Shown: positions 1 through 14,400, counted from the first letter of the stretch. The stretch: DNA of 64,000 bases from Malacoraja senta (GCA_038087875.1 CM075994.1:1490001-1554000), one strand, 5' to 3'. Notes: generated by a model not told the origin, from the sequence alone. Numbers and translations: made by a program.

Positions 1-940
1 TAGATCTGACTATATCATTTAATGAAGGATCACCATTAGAACAAGTATTGAACTTCAAATATCTTGGTGTTTGGCTTGACCCAACGCTTTCATTTACGCA
101 GCATAGTGAGACGATTACTAAAAAACTTAGCTGTAATCTAGCTATTCTTTACCGCCATATAAATTGTTTCACCTTTCAGATGAGAAAAATAATTGTCTCT
201 CAACTACTACTACCAACACTGAATTATGCTGATATTGTCTATCAGAATACATTTGATATACATCTTCAACCCCTTAATGTAGTTTATAATAGTCTTTGCA
301 GATTTATTTTAAGGTGTCCATATACAACTCACCACTGTTCTATGTACGAAACTTTAAACTGGTTATCCCCCCACGCTCGAAGATACTACCACTGGTTCCA
401 GTTCATCTTTAAATGCATCCATCTTAATTACCCCTCTTATTTAAAACAAGACCTATTACCATACACACCCTCATATTCACTAAGACATATTCAACAACCC
501 TTCTTTTTGATTCCAAGAACTAACAAAGAAATTGGGAGACGTGCATTTAAATATAAAGCTCCTTCTGACTGGAACACTCTGCCCAGTACCATAAGAACCA
601 TTAGTTCATTTTGTCTATTTAAAAATACACTTTTAACATTTCTCATAAAACCATGTACCTGTTTCTAGTATTAGAGTATTGTATAGCGACTAACATTATG
701 CTGTAATACATAACTTTTGTTATTATTGGATTTAAGTTAATTAACAATTGTTATAAACTATAACAAGTGGGGATGGAGGGGTTTTGGGTTTGGTGTGTGT
801 GTAGGTGGGTCAATGAGAGCCTTTATGTATGTTATGTCTTGTGCTGTATGTTCTATGTTGGACCCCCTCGAAAACGAGATGACTGTCCATCTCAAGGGGT
901 TATCCATAAATAAACTTGTTGAAACTTGTTGAAACTTGTT
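1..940 (+). mobile_element. 3' part of an L2/CR1-superclade non-LTR retrotransposon (ORF2 C-terminus, 3' UTR, tail)
   Basis: ORF 48-668 begins FKYLGVWLDPTLSF..H and contains LNYADIVY, typical post-RT sequence. 3' stem-loop ACCCCCTC..GAGATG/CATCTC..AAGGGGT at ~862-900, then an (AAACTTGTTG)-type tail repeated 3 times at ~912-940. Confidence 0.8.
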
Positions 941-991
941 TTACACACTGTATATTAAACACGATCTGAAGTTACTTGGCATTTTAGTATT

Positions 992-2163
<1,172 letters not shown>

Positions 2164-3239
2164 ATTTATTAGAATTGTATTGGGTAGTGTTCAGAATTAT
2201 CTTTATACCCGGCCCCCGTGCCACTCATGAGACCCCCTGGGCTAAAATCCCTTTCCTCATTTGAGGGGCGTCTCACCCCTCGCCGCGACTACTCCTCCCA
2301 CACAACCCCCTTCGCACTCCCTCTTCCGGCCACCACGCAATCCCCGCCTCCACTAACCTCCGCTAGCTCATTGACAGCAGCATGTGGACAGCTCTTCACC
2401 CACAGGTACCTCCCGTCGCCCCACCCGCTCCATTCAACATTTCTGCCGAAATAAAACTTAGGTAGCTGTTAACCCTTGGACTCTATTAACTTCACCACTA
2501 GCTTCCATCCATTCAGTAACAAAGTGGCTTGTCCAACCTTGGCCTCGGCCTTCATTTGCTCTCCTCCTACTCCGCCATCGCTCAAGTTTAACGAACCGTC
2601 GATCTCCACATTGACGGTGCACTGGCCCATCCACCGTTACCTGTAGCAGAGAAGTCCTGGAAAGCACGTCTTGGCGATTCACGGATTTTTCTGCATTGTT
2701 AGTTTAGTTTAGAGATACCGCCAGATAGTCAAGATACTCCATTGATAGACACAAAATGATGGAGTAATTCAGCGGGACGCAGCATTTCCGGATAAAAGGA
2801 TTGGGTGACGTTTCGTGTCGAGACCCTTCTTCACCAATGTTTCTCTCCAGAGATGTTGCTTGTCGCGCTGCCTGCTGCATGTTCGCATTACATCATCTCC
2901 CTCTCTCACACTTTAAACTAATATCCGCTGCTGTTTGAATCCCAGACCCTGAAAAAGACTGCGTGCATTCACCTATCACAGCCCCTCGTGGACTTGTATA
3001 CGTCCATAACATCTACACTCCGATTCCCATAGCTTTTGTCCACTATCTTGAACCGCTGTTGATACCAAGGGTTGGATACATTCACGACGCAGATAGGATT
3101 ACAGGATTCCTGGTATGAACAAAATAGTACTTTGAATCTGTATTCACCCTGGAGAAGGGTGTGGAATCTGGAGAGGGGGCGGTGAAACGTGGAACATATC
3201 ATCCATAATGGACAGGATATTGGCTATTTTAGCAGAGTA

Positions 3240-3545
3240 AATTTAGTTTAGAGATACGGCGTGGCAATAGGCCCTGCGGACCACCAAATGCATGCCGGTC
3301 ATCGAACACCCGTCCATTAGCTCTATATTATCCAACTTTCACATCCATTCTTGCACATTTGCGGCAAGTATACAGAGGCAATTTTCCATTAATCCGCGTC
3401 ATCTTTGGCATGTGGGAGGAACACGGAGCACCCGTTGGAAAACCACACGGTCACTGGGAGAACATGCAAACTCAACACAGGCAATACCTGAGGTCAAAAG
3501 CGAACCCGGGTCGAGGCAGCTCTACCAGCTACGCCACTGTCTCGC
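3240..3545 (-). mobile_element. tRNA-derived V-SINE (HE1-like)
   Basis: Reverse complement of the SINE consensus found throughout the window (tRNA-like head, V-domain, ..GTATCTCTAAACTAAA tail). Confidence 0.75.
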
Positions 3546-3671
3546 CCTTAAATGTGGATAAATCCGCAGGCACGCCTGAGATGTATCCCCAAGTTGCTAA
3601 TGGAGGGGGCATAGATGGATATTATTCGGGGCCTAATAAATATCTTTGTTGTTCACGATTGACAGGGCACA

Positions 3672-3965
3672 GGGCGGCACGGTGGTGCAGCTGGTAGGGT
3701 TGCTTACAGCGGCGAAAATCCGAGTTCGATTCTGACCACGGCTGCTGTCTGTTCGGAGTTGGTGCCGCATGGGTTTTCTCAGGGCGCTCCGATTTCCTCC
3801 CACACTCCAAATACGTGCAGGATTGTAGGTTAATTGGCTTCGGTAATGTTGTAAATTGTCACTAGTGCGTCTAGACTAATGTTAATGTGCTGGGACCGCT
3901 GGGCGGCGCGGACTCTGTGGGTCGAAGGACCTGTTTCCGCTGTGTATCTCTAAACTAATCTAAAC
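3672..3965 (+). mobile_element. tRNA-derived V-SINE (HE1-like)
   Basis: GGCGGCACGGTGGTGCAGCTGGTAG head, B-box GAGTTCGATTC, V-domain-like core, tail CTGTGTATCTCTAAACTAA. Confidence 0.85.
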
Positions 3966-4829
3966 ACTGTTAAAATACCGCACGACGGACAGAGTAAATG
4001 AAGTAACTTTATTCAAGAAGAACAGCAGACAACAGGCAGGTCATTACAGAGCAGTGAATCTAACATCAGTGGCACGGGCGTTCTTAGTAAAGCTTCTGAG
4101 AGAAACAATTAATTCACACTTGGAAAACCAATGAATAGCTGAGCATTGCGTCGTTGGGGTGGAAGATCCTGCTTTGCAGGCTCTTCGGTTCAACTTGCCC
4201 ACACCGGCAAACATGTCCCAGGCAAGTTGAGCCGGAGGGCCTGTTACCACGCTGAACGAGTCTGTGATATACTTGCCAACACCAGCTGCGGCATAGAACA
4301 TGAAATCAGTGATGGTATGGTGCAATATCATAAACCACTGAGTTCGAAGAAGGGTCTCGACTCGAAATGTTACCTTTTCCTTCTACCCAGAGACGCTGCC
4401 TGTTCCAGTGAGTTTCCCAGCATTTTGTGTCCATCTTCGGTGTAAATCAGCATCCGCAGTTCCTTCCCCAACATTCATAAAATATTGCTTAGCTCACAGT
4501 TGCTGAGTGTACAGTTCTGGTCAATATAACCGTAAAAAGTACATGTTTGCAAATTAAAGAATGTCTAGATGATTCAACCGTTTATGTGATGGAACAACTA
4601 GATCAGAAGGAGAGACTCAATAGGATTGGATACCTGTAGATGCTGAGGCGGAATCTGGTCGATCTTCGCAACATTTTGGTGGGTGTTGGTGGTGTTTAAC
4701 TGGAAAATGAGGATAATAATGTTACAGTCCCGATATTCATTAACGACCCAAACCAAGTCCTTTGTCGTGTTTCATGGTGACTTGTGTCAAGGTCGCGCTT
4801 TATTTTGAGATATGTTGTCACCTACCCCA

Positions 4830-5330
4830 TTCCTGTTCAGAAAGGCCACACATCTTTACTCAGTCCGCCTTGGTCTAATCAATCTCCCGGTTGCCAAATA
4901 CATTAATCCCCCTCCCATTCCCATACTGACCATTCTATCCTGGGTCTCCTCCACTGTCAGAGTGAGGGCAAATGCAAATAGGAGGAACAGCACCTCATAT
5001 TTCACTCGGGTAGCTTATAACCTAGCGATATGAATATTCAATTCTCTAACTTCAAGTAACCCCTGCTTCCCCTCTCTCTGTGCCCCCATCCCACACGTTA
5101 TCACCTTCTCCACAGTCAACAATGAACCAACGTGGGCTCCACCGTTCCATGATCACCGTTGCTGGCTTTGATTTGTCCTTTTCAATACCTGTTATTCATA
5201 TTTTCTCTGTTCCTTTTCCTATCTATCGTTTCCCTATCGCCTGACTTCTAGTCTGAAGAAGGGTCTCGACCTGAAACGTCGGCGAGCTGCCGGACTCGCT
5301 GAGTTACTCCAAATTTTTGTGTCTATCAGA
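4830..5330 (+). mobile_element. Penelope-like element 3' fragment (GIY-YIG end plus hammerhead-like motif)
   Basis: GAGGAACAGCACCTCATATTTCACTCGGGTAGCTTA (EEQHLIF..GSL) matches the end of the 19519-20976 ORF. CTGAAGAAGGGTCTCGACCTGAAACGTC at 5253-5280. Confidence 0.75.
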
Positions 5331-5469
5331 GAGAGAATGTCAAAAGATTAGACCTGCCCTTTGATAATTATGACGACAATCCCCATACATAGAACAATTG
5401 CATTATTGAAGAGCCCTCTGCAATCATCTCTTCTATGGAGACAGTGGCCAAACCTTGGAGAATAATTTC

Positions 5470-5775
5470 AAGCGGCGCAATGGTAGAGTTGCTGTCTTAG
5501 AGCACTTACATCGCTTGGGACCCGGGATCGATGCCGACTACGAGCGCTCTTTGTATGGAGTTTTACGGTCTCCCCGTGACCGCATGGGTATTCTCCGAGA
5601 TTTTCGGTTTCCTGTCACATTCCAACGACATACAGGTTTGTAGGTTAATTGGCATGGTATAAGTGTAAATTGTCCCTAGTGTGTAGGACTAGTGTTAGTT
5701 AGCGACGATCGCTGCTCGGTGCGGACTTGCTGGGCCGAAGGGCCTATTTCTCCGTTGTATCTCTAAACTAAACGA
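5470..5775 (+). mobile_element. V-SINE (HE1-like)
   Basis: Matches the SINE consensus including the CTCTAAACTAAAC tail. Confidence 0.8.
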
Positions 5776-6002
5776 AAACATTGTGTTTGTCTCAATTTAC
5801 ACGCAGGGATGCAGAGAAAGTCCATTCCTCGCACTGGTTCAATCCTACATTCCTAAAAGCATTGCGCACTCTGTAGAAGGTAATCCCTACGGAAATGTAA
5901 CCTCCTACTTGCATAAGCCACATCATGAGTCCCAGCACAACGACCAATAAATCTGACATCTGGTTATAAAACAGTATTAAATAAAGAGCGAAAACTGGAA
6001 CT

Positions 6003-6475
6003 ATAGAATGGAAGAAAGGCCCTACGGCCCAACATACCTATACCCGCCAACATATCCCAACTACATTAGCAACACCTGCCTGCGCTTGGTCCATATCCCT
6101 CCTAACTTGTCCTATTCATGTACCTGTAACTGTTTTTTAAACGGTGGGATAATCACAATCTCAACTACTCCTCTAGCAGCTTGTTACATTCATCCACCAC
6201 CCTTTGATTGAAAAAGTTACACCTCAGATTCCTAGTAAATCTTTTCTCCTTCTCATTGAACCTATGTCCTCTAGTCCTCGATTCCCCTACTCTGGGCATG
6301 AGATTATGTGCAGCTGCCAGATCTATTCCTCTCGTGATTTTATACTCCTCTATAAGATCACTCCTCATCCACCTGCGCTCCAAGGAATAGAGATCCCGCC
6401 TACTCATCCTCTCCCTATAGCTTACACGCTATAGTACTGGCAATATCCTAGTAAATCTTCTCTGAACCCTTTCAA
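6003..6475 (-). mobile_element. Degraded CR1 3' fragment (subfamily whose tail resembles the SINE tail)
   Basis: Minus-strand peptide LYSLERRWMRSDLIEEYKI..SRTRGHRF..FFNQRVV. Confidence 0.8.
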
Positions 6476-6630
6476 GCCACTTTTCCAGAGTTTGTTTTTG
6501 CTGTGCAGTTCAACGAGAGTCTTAGAGTCATACAGCCTGGGAACAGTCCCTTTGGTCCAACTCATCGGCGCTGACCAAGATGCTCCATTTAGAGTTGACC
6601 ACAGCTGTTCAGCTGCGGGGATCTGTTGGA

Positions 6631-8770
6631 ACATAGAAACATAGAAACATAGAAAATAGGTGCAGGACTAGGCCACTCAGCCCTTCGAGCCTGCACCGCC
6701 ATTCAATATGATCATGGCTGATCATCCAACTTAGTCCCCGTACCTGCCTTCTCTCCAAACCCCCTGATCCCCTTAGCCACAAGGGCCACATCTAACTCCC
6801 TCTTAAATATAGCCAATTAACTGGCCTCAACTACCTTCTGTGGCAGAGAATTCCAGAGATTCACCACTCTCTGTGTGAAAAATGTTTTTCTCATCTCAGT
6901 CTTAAAAGACTTCCCCCTTATCCTTAAACTGTGACCTCTTGTTCTGGACTTCCCGAACATGGGGAACAATCTTCCTGCATCTAGCCTGTCCAATCCTTTA
7001 AGAATTTTGTAAGTTTCAAAAAGACCCCCCCTCAATCTTCTAAATTCCAGAGAGTACAAGCCGAGTCTATCCAGTCTTGCTTCATATGAAATTCCAGACA
7101 TCCCAGGAATCAGTCTGTTGAACCTTCTCTGGCAACTCCCTCTATGGCAAGAATGTCTTTCCTCAGATTAGGAGACCAAAACTGTACGCAATACTCCAGG
7201 TGTGGTCTCACCAAGACACTGTACAACTGCAGTAGAACCTTCCGGCTCCTATACTCAAATACTTTTGCTATGAATGCTAACATACCATTCGCTTTCTTCC
7301 CTGCCTGCTGCGCCTGCATGCCTACTTTCAATGACTGGTGTACCATGACACCCAGGTCTCGTTGCATCTCCCCTTTTCCTAATCGGCCACCATTCAGATA
7401 ATAGTCTAGTTTCCTGTTTTTGCCACCAAAGTGGATAACCTCACATTTATCCACATTATACTGCATCTGCCATGCATTTCCACACTCACCCAGCCTATCC
7501 AAGTCACCTTGCAGCCTCCTAGCATCCTCCTCACAGCTAACACTGCCTCCCAGCTCCATGTAACCGCAAACTTGGAGATGTTGCATTCAATTCCCTCGTC
7601 CAAATCATTAATATATATTGTAAATAGCTGGGGTCCCAGCACTGAGGCTTGCGGTACCCCACTAGTCACTGCCTGCCATTCTGAAAAGAACCCGTTTACT
7701 TCCTGTCTGCCAGCCAGTTCTCTATCCTCATCAATACTGAACCCCCAATACCGTGTGCTTTAAGTTTGTATACTAATCTCTTATGTGGGACCTTGTCGAA
7801 AGCCTTCTGAAGGTCCAGATATAACACATCCACTGGTTCTCCCTTATCCACTCTACTAGTTACATCCTCGAAAAATTCTATAAGATTCGTCAGACATGAT
7901 TTACCTTTCATAAATCCATGCTGTCTTTGTCCAATGATCTCACCACTTTCCAAATGTGCTGCTATCCCATCTTTAATAACTGACTCTAGCAGTTTCCCCA
8001 CTACCGATGTTAGACTAACTGGTCTGTGATTCCCCGTTTTCTCTCTCCCTCCCTTTTTAAAAAGTGGGGTTACATTAGCTACCCTCCAATCTTCAGGAAC
8101 TACTCCAGAATCCAAACAGTTTTGAAAAATTTTCACTAATGCATCCATTATTTCTGGGGCTACTTCCTTATGTACTCTGGGATGCAGCCTATCTGGCCCT
8201 GGGGATTTATCCGCCTTTAATCCATTCAATTTACCTAACACCACTTCCCGGCTAACCTGGATTTCACTCAGTTCCTCCATCTCATTTGACCACCGGTCCC
8301 CTGCTATTTCCGGCAGATTATTTATGTCTTCCTTAGTGAAGACAGAACCAAAGTAGTTATTCAATTGGTCTGCCATGTCCTTGTTCCCTATGATCAATCT
8401 CCCGTTTCTAACTGCAAGGGACCTACATTTGTTTTAACTAATCTTTTTTTCTTCACATATCTATAAAAACTTTTGCAGTCAGTTTTTATGTTCCCTGCCA
8501 ATTTTCTTTCATAATCTATTTTCCCTTTCCTAATTAAGCCCTTTGTCCTCCTCTGCTGGAGTCTGAATTTCTCCCAGTCCTCTGGTAGGCTGCTTTTTCT
8601 GGCTAATTTGTATGCTTCGTCTTTTGTTTTGATACTATCCCTGATTTCCCTTGTTATCCACGGACGCACTACCTTCCCTGATTTATTCTTTTGCCAAACT
8701 GGGATGAACAATTGTTGTAGTTCATCCATGCAGTCTTTAACTGCCTTCCATTGCATATCCACCGTCAGAA
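6631..8770 (-). mobile_element. CR1 LINE, 5'-truncated, frameshifted ORF2
   Basis: Consecutive ORFs 8394-8813, 7696-8397, 7406-7669, 7110-7586 and 6817-7101 carry RT motifs (KSPGPD, RPVSLT, DLQKAFDKV, GVPQ, SKFA). (CATAGAAA)n tail at 6632-6655. Confidence 0.95.
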
Positions 8771-9253
8771 AGGTTGCTAACATCCCTGATTCTGCGAATC
8801 TATTGCGATACAATACGTTAGAACTTTATTCGTCCCCTGAGGGAAATTGGTGTGCCAACAATCATAACACCCAACAAGGAACACGAAAACTTGAAATTAA
8901 AATTGAATTAAGAAGTGAAAAATAAAAAATAAAAAGACAATATACATGTCCATAGGTTTCTGCACGGCCCTCGCATGTGTCTGCAAAAATAGATCCGCAA
9001 ATCCAGGAATATTTTTTCCATAACAACTGGAGAATGCTGGCATATTATGAAATGTGTGTTTCTAATTAAAATGTTATGGTTTGCTTCATTTCGGCGGAAA
9101 ATATTGCGCACTAATTTAATTAGTCCTAATTGGCATCTGGCCAATTTTGCCTGTTTAAAAGACTGCCACTTGTCCCAATCATTTTACCCTGCTAATGAGT
9201 GACTAGATTTCTCCCGAGTATAAACTGTGACAGCATTGACTGGAAAGGCTAGT

Positions 9254-9323
9254 ATGAAACAACCGGTAATAATTCAGCTAGAAAACATTTACTATCCGAT
9301 CCTTGCTATCATCGGCGTTCCTG
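9254..9323 (+). CDS. GPR139/GPR142-like GPCR, coding exon 1
   Basis: ATG at 9254 reads MKQPVIIQLENIYYPILAIIGVP+g, followed by a GTAAG donor at 9324. The phase-1 join to the acceptor at 16259 completes TM1 (GVP-ANMVAILIL). Confidence 0.9.
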
Positions 9324-9469
9324 GTAAGCCGTTTATTATCATCTGTTAATCTTTTCGTTGTGTAGTACTGTGTTGTTAAGTGCAAGTGTATTCTTAATTG
9401 TCTGTTGGATTTAGTATTGGCAGCCAAATACTAATCGACATGTAACGAGCGAAAATAGCGTCCATCGTG

Positions 9470-9750
9470 TTTCTTTTAGAGGTACAACGTGGAAACAGGC
9501 CCTCGGGCCCACCGAGTACGCGCCGACAAACCATCATCCGTACGCGCGTTCTGTCCTACATATCAGGGATAATTTACAGAAGCCAATTTACCTCCCAACC
9601 CGCAGGTCTTTGGAATGTGGGAAGAAACCGGAGAACCGGAAGGAAACCCACAGTCACAGGGAGAAGTAATAACCTCCAGACTGAGAGCACTCGAGTTCAT
9701 GGTCGAACCCGCGTATCTGGAGCCGCGAGACGGCATCTCTGCCAGCTCAC
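9470..9750 (-). mobile_element. V-SINE (HE1-like)
   Basis: Reverse-orientation match to the SINE consensus. Confidence 0.7.
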
Positions 9751-9984
9751 TACTTTAATCTAGAAACCAGTGCGACTAACAATTTAAACCCCTCATTACA
9801 ACGTGATCCCCAAATGTGTTCATTGCTTCTCGCTCTGAAGTCTGTGTCTGTATCTGGAGCAGATTTTTTTTTTACACAAAGGGCGGTGTGTACCTGGATT
9901 GCACTGGAAGTTGTGGTGACGGAGGCAGATGCAGCAGTGGCATTGATAAGTCTTTTAGTCTGAAGAAGGGTCTGGACCAGAAAT

Positions 9985-11305
9985 TCTTTCTGGAATTTTT
10001 TGACGATGTAACTAGGAAAATGGACAAGGGGGAGCCAGTGGATGCATTGTATCTGGACTTTCAGAAAGTATTTGATAAAGTCCCACATAGGAGATTAGTG
10101 GGCAAAATTAGGGCACATGGTATTGGGGGTAGAGTGCTGACATGGATACAAAATTGGTTGGCGGACAGGAAACAAAGAGTAGGGTTTAACGTTTCCCTTT
10201 CAGAATGGCAGGCAATGACTCTTGGGGTACCGCAAGGTGCTGGGACCGCAGCTATTTCAGATTCAGATTCAGATTCAGAAAACTTTATTGTCTGTCGTAA
10301 CAGAAAATCTTCTTTGGCGATATATGTTAATGATTTAGATGAAGGGATTACAAGTAACATTAACAAATTTGCAGATGACACAAAGCTGGGTGGCAGTGTG
10401 AACTGTGAGGAGGATGTTATGCGAATGCAGGGTTACTTGGACAGATTGGGTGAGTGGGCAGACGCATGGCAGATGCAGTTTAATGTGGATAAATGTGTGG
10501 TTCTCCACTTTGGTAGCAAAAACAGGGAGGAAGATTATTATCTAAATGGTGTCAAGTTGGGAAAAGGGAAAGTACAACGGGATCTGGGGCTCCTTGTTCT
10601 TCAGTCTATGAAAGAAAGCATGCAGGTACAGCAGGCAGTGATGAAAGCGAACGGCATGTTGGCCTTCATAACAAGTGGAGTTGAGTATAGGAGCAAAGAG
10701 GTCCTTCTTTGTACATGCAGCTGTACAGGGCCCTAGTGCGACCACACCTGGAGTATTGTGTGCAGTTTAGTCTCCAAATTTGGGGAAGGACATTCTTGCT
10801 ATTGAGGGAATGCAGCGTAGGTTCACAAGCTTAATTCCCGGGATGGCGGGACTGTCATGTGCTAAGAGAATTGAGCGGTTCGGCTTGTATACTCTGGGAT
10901 TTAGAAAGATGAGAGGGGATCTTACTGAAATATATAAGACTATTAAGGGTTTGGACACGCTAGACGCAGGAAACATGTTCCCGATGTTGGCCGAGTCCAG
11001 AACCAGGGGTCACAGTTTAAGAATAAGGGGCAAGCCATTTAGAACGGAGATGACGAAACACTTTTTCACACAGACAGTTGTGAGTCTGTGGAATTCTCTG
11101 CCTCAGAGGGCGGTGGAGGCCGGTTCTCTGGAAACTTTCAACAGAGAGCTAGATAGGGCTTACAAATAACGGATTCAGGGGATATGGGGAGAAGGCAGGA
11201 ACATAATACTGATTGTGGATGATCAACCATGATCACATTGAATGGCGGTGCTGGCTTGAAGGGCCGTATGGCCTACTCCTTTACATATTTTCTATTATCT
11301 ATTGT
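9985..11305 (+). mobile_element. CR1 LINE fragment in the GPCR intron
   Basis: ORFs 9816-10736 and 10780-11169 contain YLDFQKVFDKVPH, YVNDL, NKFADDTK and SRTRGH. A small (TTCAGA)n-containing insert sits at ~10256-10320. Confidence 0.92.
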
Positions 11306-11522
11306 CACCAATTCGTTTTCTCCAGAGATGCTGCCTGACCCGGTGAGTTTCTCCAGCTTTGTATGTCTATTTTGTGTCTGTTTTAGATATGCACACGGAT
11401 ATGGTGAGAATGAAGAGAAATGGTCACTTGCAGGCAGAGAGGAATAATTTAGCTTGGAATAATTTATCATGTTCGGCATGGACATCGTGGGCCAAATGGT
11501 CTATTCATGTCCTGTACCGTTC

Positions 11523-12335
11523 CATAGAAACATAGAAACATAGAAAATAGGTGCAGGAGTAGGCCATTCGGCCCTTCGAGCCTGCACCGCCATTCAATAT
11601 GATCATCGCTGATCATCCAACTCAGTATCCTGTACCTGCTTTCTCTCCATACCCCCTGATCCCTTTAGCCGCAAGGGCCACATCTAACTCCCTCTTAAAT
11701 ATAGCCAATGAACTGGCCTCAACTACCTTCTGTGGCAGAGAATTCCAGAGATTCACCACTCTCTGTGTGAAAAATGTTTTCCTCTTCTCGGTCCTAAAAG
11801 ATTTCCCCCTTATCCTTAAACTGTGACCCCTTGTTCTGGACTTCCCCAACATCGGGAACAATCTTCCTGCATCTAGCCTGTCCAACCCCTTAAGAATTTT
11901 GTACGTTTCTCTATGAACCCGCCTCAATCTTCTAAATTCTAGCGAGTACAAATCGAGTCTATCCAGTCTTTCTTCATATGAAAGTCCTGACATCCCAAAA
12001 ATCAGTCTGGTGAACCTTCTCTGTACTCCCTCTATGGCAAGAATGTCTTTCCTCAGTTTGGAGACCAAATCTCTACGCAATACTCCAGGTGTGGTCTCAC
12101 CAAGACCCTGTACAACTGCACTAGAACCTCCCTGCTCCTATACTCAAATCCTTTTGCTATGAATGCTAACATACCATTCGCCTTCTTCACTGCCTGCTGC
12201 ACCTGCATGCCTACTTTTAATGACTGGTGTACCATGACACCCAGGTCTCGTTGCATCTCCCCTTTTCCTAATCGGCCACCATTCAGATAATATTCTACTT
12301 TCCTGTTTTTGCCACCAAAGTGGATAACCTCACAT
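11523..12335 (-). mobile_element. CR1 LINE 3' fragment
   Basis: ORFs 11622-12080 and 12053-12256 closely resemble the 6631-8770 and 60705-62520 copies. (CATAGAAA)n tail. Confidence 0.93.
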
Positions 12336-13049
12336 ATACCATCAGTGTGTCCATATACCTGGCTGCTGTCTGTACGGAGTTTGTACGTTCACACCGTGAC
12401 CTGCGTGTTTTTTTCCGGTCATTCAGGTTGCCACCCACACCCCAAAGACGTACAGGTTTGTAGGTTGATTGGTTTTAGTGAAATTGGACGTTGTTCTTAG
12501 TGTGTAGGATTGTTCTAGTGTACGCTGTGATTGTGAAAAGTGCGGATTTCATGAACCGAAAGCCCCATTTCCGTGCTGAATAGCTAAAGTCTACAGTCTA
12601 AACGGGTGATCAGCTGTAAGCCGATATGTTTTCCCATCGAACATGAATTATAATGCGAGCGATATTTAGAACAGGGAAATGCATATCAGGGGAACTGCGG
12701 CTGGACTGCTGGAGGGTGTCTGGGTCAATATCGACCTCTGCACCTGTTTGTGTGGAGTTCATCAATTCTCCACGTAACCGCGCGGATTTCCTCTCTGCGC
12801 TGCGGTTTCCTCTCAAATGCCTAATCTGAGGTGTCGGTTGGTTAACACCCACTATAAATTGCTCATTGCATGCAGGAGACTGGGAGGATCAGGAAGAAGT
12901 GAAGGAAATCGGGAGGAAAATATCATGTGGCAAATTCGTGAGTAAACGCGCTTTGAGACGGCATAAATTAGACGGACTGAAATGGCCATTAAATCTCCAG
13001 GGGACATTTCATCCCATTCCTCATCAGCCAATTTCGGTTTTACGATAAA

Positions 13050-13360
13050 GGTGGCACGGAGGCGCAGCGGTTATTTACTGCCTTACCCTGCCACAGACCC
13101 AGGTTCGATCCTCAGCAGGGCTGCTGCGTTCACGAGTTTAGACGTTCCTTCCGTGACCTGCGTGGGTTTTCCCAGGGAGCTCCGGCTTCATTTCACATTC
13201 CAAAGACGTACAGGTTTGTTGGTTCATTCCCTTGGTAAAATTATAAATCGTCCCCAGTGTGTGTGTTGAGTAGTGTCGGTGTGCGGGGATCGCTGGACGG
13301 CGGCGACTCGGTGGGCCGAAAGGCCTGTTTCCGCGCTCTAGCTCCAAACAAAACTAAACA
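13050..13360 (+). mobile_element. V-SINE (HE1-like)
   Basis: GGTGGCACGGAGGCGCAGCGG head, GGTTCGATCC B-box, consensus body and tail. Confidence 0.8.
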
Positions 13361-14107
13361 AAGCTGATAAAACATCATTAGTTTGAAGAAGTGTCCAGAC
13401 CCGAAACATCGTCTCTCCATTTCCCTCCACAAAAGCTGCCTGCCTGTTGAGTCCATCCAACACTTTGTACTTCGCTCAACGTCCCGTTCTGCAGTCCCGT
13501 AATTGGATCTGCAGTCTCTCGTGTCTCGTAGAATATTTAGAGTCCACGGTTTGCACAAGAAGGAACTGCAGACGCCGGCTTACACCGGATAAAGAGACAA
13601 CATTCTGGATCAACAGGTGCAGAGGCAGCAACCCTGGATAGAAGGAAAGGATGACACTCCGGATCGATCCCCCTGCATCTTGCACAGTCTGAGGATGGGT
13701 CTTGTCCCGAGGCATGATCGATTCCTTCTATCCAGGGATGCTGCCTGCCCCGCTGAGTTACTCCAACATTTTGTGTCTTTCCCGGGTTTGTTCACGTAGC
13801 TCTTGGAATAAGTGATCTGGCGGTACACTCGGTAAGTCAGGGCATCTAAGGACAGAACCAATTCAGTGGGCGAGCGACAATCCCCATGAATTAGCTTTAT
13901 TAGCCGGATATTTTTTTAGGGTTTCGGCGGGAGAACTTTGGCAGTAAGAAAATAGAATGACATTATCCTTCCACGTTCCACCACCGCCCTCAAGAACCCC
14001 TTGGATGTCCAATTTCGCCAATCTATTCCCATTGACTCTTGCGATAGACGCATGACTAGAGACCCCCTCCATTTCATTCTAAAACTCGCCCTCTCATTTA
14101 TCGAGGC

Positions 14108-14400
14108 TTAGTTTAGTGTAGTTTAGACATACAGCACGGATACCGGCCGTTCGGCCCACCGAACCCGCGCCGATCATTGATCACACCGTACACTAGCGCT
14201 ATCCTACGCACTAGGGACACATTGCAATCTTTACCGAAGCCAAATTAAGTTGCAAACCGCAAGTCTTTGGAGTGTGGGAGGAGACCGGAGGTCCCGGAGA
14301 AAACTCACGCAGGTCAGGGGGAGAAGGTACAAACGCCATACGACAGGATATAACCCGGTTCCCTGGCGCTGTAAGGCAGCAACTCTAAAGCTCTGCCGCC
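14108..14400 (-). mobile_element. V-SINE (HE1-like)
   Basis: Reverse-orientation match to the SINE consensus. Confidence 0.8.

Noticed and set aside
3672..3745. tRNA-like sequences with A/B boxes, here and at many other sites
   Set aside because: These are SINE heads continuing into the V-domain and LINE-like tail; I see no complete cloverleaf.
9219..9224. TATAAA upstream of the GPCR start codon
   Set aside because: It lies only 30 nt before the ATG, leaving almost no 5' UTR, and cannot be supported without TSS data.
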